DNA from: Eledone cirrhosa
Taxonomy: Eukaryota
Direction: 5' to 3'
NCBI GenBank assembly: GCA_964016885.1
Contig: OZ024742.1
Coordinates: forward strand, 244,404,001 to 244,468,000
Length of the DNA: 64,000 nucleotides
Part shown: positions 55,601 to 64,000 of the stretch, piece by piece
Numbering within the stretch: the stretch's first letter is position 1
How the letters are laid out: every line of letters begins with the position of its first letter
Position numbers and translations under genes: made by a program
The notes under the pieces: generated by a model
The model's database searches: none
The model's input: the letters and a program-made list of their open reading frames with translations, nothing else
Told to the model about the DNA's origin: nothing

Positions 55601-58600
55601 AGATAACCACACCACACTACACCACCATATATGTAGAGATAACCACACCACACCACCATATATGTAGAGATAAACACACCACAATACACCACCTTATATG
55701 TAGAGATAACCTCACCACACCACACCACCATATATGTAGAGATAACCACACTACACCACCATATATGTAGAGATAACCACACCACACCACCATATATGTA
55801 GAGATAACCACAGCACACCACACCACCATATATGTAGAGATAACCACACCACACCACACCACCATATATGTAGAGATAACCTCACCACACCACCATATAT
55901 GTAGAGAAAACCACAGCACACCACACCACCATATATGTAGAGATAACCACACTACACCACCATATATGTAGAGATAACCACAGCACACCACACCACCATA
56001 TATGTAGAGATAACCACACCACACCACACCACCATATATGTAAAGATAACCACACTACACCACCATATATGTAGAGATAACCACAGCACACCACACCACC
56101 ATATATGTAGAGATAACCACAGCACACCACACCACCATATATGTAGAGATAACCACACTACACCACCATATATGTAGAGATAACCACACCACACCACACC
56201 ACCATATATGTAGAGATAACCACAGCACACCACACCACCACACCACACTACACTACACCACACCACACTACACTACACCACACCACTCTACACCACACCA
56301 CACCACACCACACCACACCACCATATATGTAGAGATAACCACACCACACCACACCACCATATATGTAGAGATAACCACACCACACCACACCACCATATAT
56401 GTAGAGATAACCACACCGCACCACACCACCATATATGTAGAGATAACCACACCACACCACCATATATGTAGAGATAACCACAGCACACCACACCACACCA
56501 CCATATATGTAGAGATAACCACACCACACCACACCACCATATATGTAGAGATAACCACACCACACCACACCACCATATATGTAGAGATAACCACACCGCA
56601 CCACACCACCATATATGTAGAGATAACCACACCGCACCACCATATATGTAGAGATAACCACACCACACCACACCACCATATATGTAGAGATAACCACACC
56701 ACACCACACCACCATATAAGTAGAGATAACCACACCACACCACACCACCATATATGTAGAGATAACCGCAGCACACCACACCACACCACCATATATGTAG
56801 AGATAACCACACCACACCACACCACCTTATATGTAGAGATAACCACACCACACCACCATATATGTAGAGATAACCACACCACATCACACCACCATATATG
56901 TAGAGATAACCACACCACACCACACCACCATATATGTAGAGATAACCACACCACACCACCATATATGTAGAGATAACCACACCACACCACACCACCATAT
57001 ATGTAGAGATAACCACACCACACTACACCACCATATATGTAGGGATAACCACACCACACTACACCACCATATATGTAGAGATAACCACACCACACCACCA
57101 TATATGTAGAGATAACCACACCACACCACCATATATGTAGAGATAACCACACCACACCACACCACACCACCATATATGTAGAGATAACCACACCACACTA
57201 CACCACCATATATGTAGAGATAACCACACCACACCAAACCACCATATATGTAGAGATAACCACAGCACACCACACCACCATATATGTAGAGATAACCACA
57301 CCACACCACCATATATGTAGAGATAACCACACCACACCACACCACCATATATGTAGAGATAACCACACCACACTACACCACCTTATATGTAGAGATAACC
57401 ACACCACACCACACCACACCACCATATATGTAGAGATAACCACACCACACTACACCACCTTATATGTAGAGATAACCACACCACACCACACCACCATATA
57501 TGTAGAGATAACCACACCACACCACACCACCATATATGTAGAGATAACCACAGCACACCACACCACCATATATGTAGAGATAACCACACCACACCACACC
57601 ACCATATATGTAGAGATAACCACACCACACCACCATATATGTAGAGATAACCACACCACACCACACCACCATATATGTAGAGATAACCACACCACACCAC
57701 CATATATGTAGAGATAACCACACCACACTACACCACCTTATATGTAGAGATAACCACAGCACACCACACCACCATATATGTAGAGATAACCACACCACAC
57801 CACCATATATGTAGAGATAACCACAGCACACCACACCACCATATATGTAGAGATAACCACACCACACCACCATATATGTAGAGATAACCACACCACACCA
57901 CACCACCATATATGTAGAGATAACCACACCACACCACACCACCATATATGTAGAGATAACCACACCACACCACACCACCATATATGTAGAGATAACCACA
58001 GCACACCACACCACCATATATGTAGAGATAACCACAGCACACCACACCACCATATATGTAGAGATAACCACACCACACCACACCACCATATATGTAGAGA
58101 TAACCACACCACACCACACCACCTTATATTTAGAGATAACCACAGCACACCACACCACCATATATGTAGAGATAACCACACCACACCACACCACCATATA
58201 TGTAGAGATAACCACACCACACCACACCACCATATATGTAGAGATAACCACACCACACCACCATACATGTAGAGATAACCACAGCACACCACACCACCAT
58301 ATATGTAGAGATAACCACACCACACTACACCACCTTATATGTAGAGATAACCACAGCACACCACACCACCTTATATGTAGAGATAACCACACCACACCAC
58401 ACCACCATATATGTAGAGATAACCACACCACACTACACCACCTTATATGTAGAGATAACCACACCACACCACACCACCATATATGTAGAGATAACCACAT
58501 CACACTACACCACCTTATATGTAGAGATAAACACACCACACCACACCACCATATATGTAGAGATAACCACACCACACCACACCACCTTATATGTAGAGAT

Positions 58601-61600
58601 AACCACACCACACCACCATATATGTAGAGATAACCACAGCACACCACACCACCATATATGTAGAGATAACCACCCCACATTACACCTCCTTATATGTAGA
58701 GATAACCACACCACACCACACCACCATATATGTAGAGATAACCACACCACACCACACCACCATATATGTAGAGATAACCACAGCACACCACACCACCATA
58801 TATGTAGAGATAACCACACCACACCACCATATATGTAGAGATAACCACACCACACCACCATATATGTAGAGATAACCACAGCACACCACACCACCCTATA
58901 TGTAGAGATAACCACACCACACCACACCACCATATATGTAGAGATAACCACACCACACCACACCACCATATATGTAGAGATAACCACACCACACCACCAT
59001 ATATGTAGAGATAACCACACCACACCACCATATATGTAGAGATAACCACAGCACACCACACCACCCTATATGTAGAGATAACCACACCACACCACACCAC
59101 CATATATGTAAAGATAACCACACCACACCACACCACCATATATGTAGAGATAACCACAGCACACCACACCACCATATATGTAGAGATAACCACACCACAC
59201 CACCATATATGTAGAGATAACCACACCGCACCACACCACCATATATGTAGAGATAACCACACCGCACCACCATATATGTAGAGATAACCACAGCACAGCA
59301 CACCACCATATATGTAGAGATAACCACACCACACCACCATATATGTAGAGATAACCACACCGCACCACACCACCATATATGTAGAGATAACCACACCGCA
59401 CCACCATATATGTAGAGATAACCACAGCACACGACACCACCATATATGTAGAGATAACCACACCACATTACACCACCATATATGTAGAGATAACCACACC
59501 ACACCACACCACCATATATGTAGAGATAACCACACCACAATACACCACCTTATATGTAGAGATAACCTTACCACACCACACCACCATATATGTAGAGATA
59601 ACCACACCACACTACACCACCATATATGTAGAGATAACCACACCACACCACCATATATGTAGAGATAACCACAGCACACCACACCACCATATATGTAGAG
59701 AAAACCACAGCACACCACACCACCATATATGTAGAGATAACCACAGCACACCACACCACCATATATGTAGAGATAACCACAGCACACCACACCACCATAT
59801 ATGTAGAAATAACCTCACCACACCACCACACCACCATATATGTAGAGATAACCACACCACACCACACCACCATATATGTAGAGATAACCACAGCACACCA
59901 CACCACCATATATGTAGAGATAACCACGGCACACCACACCACCATATATGTAGAGATAACCACAGCACACCACACCACCATATATGTAGAATTAACCTCA
60001 CCACACCACCACACCACCATATATGTAGAGATAACCACACCACACCACACCACCATATATGTAGAGTTAACCACACCACACTACACCACCATATATGTAG
60101 AGATAACCACACCACACCAAACCACCATATATGTAGAGATAACCATAGCACACCACACCACCATATATGTAGAGATAACCACACCACACCACCATATATG
60201 TAGAGATAACCACACCACACCACACCACCATATATGTAGAGATAACCACACCACACTACACCACCTTATATGTAGAGATAACCACACCACACCACACCAC
60301 ACCACCATATATGTAGAGATAACCACACCACACTACACCACCTTATATGTAGAGATAACCACACCACACCACACCACCATATATGTAGAGATAACCACAC
60401 CACACCACACCACCATATATGTAGAGATAACCACAGCACACCACACCACCATATATGTAGAGATAACCACACCACACCACACCACCATATATGTAGAGAT
60501 AACCACACCACACCACCATATATGTAGAGATAACCACACCACACCACACCACCATATATGTAGAGATAACCACACCACACCACCATATATGTAGAGATAA
60601 CCACACCACACTACACCACCTTATATGTAGAGATAACCACAGCACACCACACCACCATATATGTAGAGATAACCACACCACACCACCATATATGTAGAGA
60701 TAACCACAGCACACCACACCACCATATATGTAGAGATAACCACACCACACCACCATATATGTAGAGATAACCACACCACACCACACCACCATATATGTAG
60801 AGATAACCACACCACACCACACCACCATATATGTAGAGATAACCACACCACACCACACCACCATATATGTAGAGATAACCACAGCACACCACACCACCAT
60901 ATATGTAGAGATAACCACAGCACACCACACCACCATATATGTAGAGATAACCACACCACACCACACCACCATATATGTAGAGATAACCACACCACACCAC
61001 ACCACCTTATATGTAGAGATAACCACAGCACACCACACCACCATATATGTAGAGATAACCACACCACACCACACCACCATATATGTAGAGATAACCACAC
61101 CACACCACACCACCATATATGTAGAGATAACCACACCACACCACCATACATGTAGAGATAACCACAGCACACCACACCACCATATATGTAGAGATAACCA
61201 CACCACACTACACCACCTTATATGTAGAGATAACCACAGCACACCACACCACCTTATATGTAGAGATAACCACACCACACCACACCACCATATATGTAGA
61301 GATAACCACACCACACTACACCACCTTATATGTAGAGATAACCACACCACACCACACCACCATATATGTAGAGATAACCACATCACACTACACCACCTTA
61401 TATGTAGAGATAAACACACCACACCACACCACCATATATGTAGAGATAACCACACCACACCACACCACCTTATATGTAGAGATAACCACACCACACCACC
61501 ATATATGTAGAGATAACCACAGCACACCACACCACCATATATGTAGAGATAACCACCCCACATTACACCTCCTTATATGTAGAGATAACCACACCACACC

Positions 61601-64000
61601 ACACCACCATATATGTAGAGATAACCACACCACACCACACCACCATATATGTAGAGATAACCACAGCACACCACACCACCATATATGTAGAGATAACCAC
61701 ACCACACCACCATATATGTAGAGATAACCACACCACACCACCATATATGTAGAGATAACCACAGCACACCACACCACCCTATATGTAGAGATAACCACAC
61801 CACACCACACCACCATATATGTAGAGATAACCACACCACACCACACCACCATATATGTAGAGATAACCACACCACACCACCATATATGTAGAGATAACCA
61901 CACCACACCACCATATATGTAGAGATAACCACAGCACACCACACCACCCTATATGTAGAGATAACCACACCACACCACACCACCATATATGTAAAGATAA
62001 CCACACCACACCACACCACCATATATGTAGAGATAACCACAGCACACCACACCACCATATATGTAGAGATAACCACACCACACCACCATATATGTAGAGA
62101 TAACCACACCGCACCACACCACCATATATGTAGAGATAACCACACCGCACCACCATATATGTAGAGATAACCACAGCACAGCACACCACCATATATGTAG
62201 AGATAACCACACCACACCACCATATATGTAGAGATAACCACACCGCACCACACCACCATATATGTAGAGATAACCACACCGCACCACCATATATGTAGAG
62301 ATAACCACAGCACACCACACCACCATATATGTAGAGATAACCACACCACATTACACCACCATATATGTAGAGATAACCACACCACACCACACCACCATAT
62401 ATGTAGAGATAACCACACCACAATACACCACCTTATATGTAGAGATAACCTTACCACACCACACCACCATATATGTAGAGATAACCACACCACACTACAC
62501 CACCATATATGTAGAGATAACCACACCACACCACCATATATGTAGAGATAACCACAGCACACCACACCACCATATATGTAGAGAAAACCACAGCACACCA
62601 CACCACCATATATGTAGAGATAACCACAGCACACCACACCACCATATATGTAGAGATAACCACAGCACACCACACCACCATATATGTAGAAATAACCTCA
62701 CCACACCACCACACCACCATATATGTAGAGATAACCACACCACACCACACCACCATATATGTAGAGATAACCACAGCACACCACACCACCATATATGTAG
62801 AGATAACCACAGCACACCACACCACCATATATGTAGAGATAACCACAGCACACCACACCACCATATATGTAGAAATAACCTCACCACACCACCACACCAC
62901 CATATATGTAGAGATAACCACACCACACCACACCACCATATATGTAGAGATAACCACACCACACCACCATATATGTAGAGATAACCACACCACACCACCA
63001 TATATGTAGAGATAACCACACCACACCACACCACCATATATGTAGAGATAACCACACCACACCACACCACCATATATGTAGAGATAACCACACCACACCA
63101 CACCACCATATATGTAAAGATAACCACACCACACCACACCACCATATATGTAGAGATAACCACACCACACCACACCACCATATATGTAGAGATAACCTCA
63201 CCACACCACACCACCATATATGTAGAGATAACCACACCACACTACACCACCATATATGTAGAGATAACCACACCACACCACCATATATGTAGAGATAACC
63301 ACACCACACCACCATATATGTAGAGATAACCACAGCACACCACACCACCTTATCTGTAGAGATAACCACAGCACACCACACCACCATATATGTAGAGATA
63401 ACCACAGCACACCACACCACCATATATGTAGAGATAACCACACCACACCACACCACACCACCATATATGTAGAGATAACCACACCACACCACAATATATG
63501 TAGAGATAACCACAGCACACCACACCACCATATATGTAGAGATAACTACACCACACTACACCACCATATATGTAGAGATAACCACACCACACCACACCAC
63601 CATATATGTAGAGATAACCACACCACACCACACCACCATATATGTAGAGATAACCACACCACACCACCATATATGTAGAGATAACCACACCACACCACCA
63701 TATATGTAGAGATAACCACACCACACCACACCACCATATATGTAGAGATAACCACACCACACCACACCACCATATATGTAGAGATAACCACACCACACCA
63801 CACCACCATATATGTAGAGATAACCACACTACACCACCATATATGTAGAGATAACCACACCACACCACCATATATGTAGAGATAACCACACCACACCACC
63901 ATATATGTAGAGATAACCACACCACACCACACCACCATATATGTAGAGATAACCACACAACACCACCATATATGTAGAGATAACCACACAACACCACCAT
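46663..64000. repeat. Composite satellite, about 490 copies, open at the right edge: ATATATGTAGAGATAA + (CCACA)1-4 + CCACC; units of 26/31/36/39/41 bp, 36 bp modal
   Basis: GATAACC at 46734 and 46770 (period 36). Unit length varies in 5-bp steps; pentamer variants include GCACA, CTACA, CCGCA, CGACA and CCTCA. Confidence 0.98.
57170..62935. repeat. 2883-bp near-identical tandem duplication within the composite satellite (boundaries approximate)
   Basis: Rare variants recur at +2883: CCAAACC at 57234/60117 and AGAAATAACCTC at 59805/62688. ORF-track coordinates also repeat at +2883 (57460/60343, 58690/61573, 59066/61949). Confidence 0.92.

Noticed and set aside
46621-64000. Minus-strand ORFs rich in WCGYLYIYGGVV / VVISTYMVVWCG / WLSLHIWWCGVV
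   Set aside because: Translations of a stop-poor repeat; the 5-bp unit-length changes shift frame constantly.
46663-64000. CRISPR-like appearance (constant repeat plus variable spacer, about 36-bp period)
   Set aside because: The variable parts are CCACA multimers rather than unique spacers, there are no cas genes, and the context is eukaryotic.
46663-64000. Telomeric repeat (C1-3A-like CCACA)
   Set aside because: No (TTAGGG)n or (TTAGG)n tract is present, and the pentamers are regularly interrupted by the 16-mer.

Overview
Eukaryotic, essentially non-coding, repeat-dominated window. The TA/CA microsatellites, tRNA-derived SINEs and RTE-type LINE 3' ends with (GAT)n tails resemble a cephalopod (octopus-like) genome; this is from recall, not verified by search. 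Layout: (1) 1-38428, about 700 copies of a pyrimidine-rich 55-bp satellite with nested higher-order duplications and a roughly symmetric layering of variants. (2) 38429-46660, an 8-kb island holding two inverted RTE LINE 3' fragments (one with a partial PHD-like Cys/His finger), three SINE fragments, long microsatellites, a 38-bp minisatellite, a weak candidate exon and two well-formed hairpins. One hairpin encloses hammerhead-ribozyme-like CTGATGA/GAAA boxes; the other is a 44-bp stem whose mismatches are all transitions. (3) 46663-64000, about 490 copies of a composite satellite (constant 16-mer plus variable (CCACA)n plus CCACC) containing a near-identical 2883-bp tandem duplication. The giant ORFs in the track are artefacts of stop-free repeat units. 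No intact protein-coding gene, tRNA, rRNA or CRISPR array is supported.
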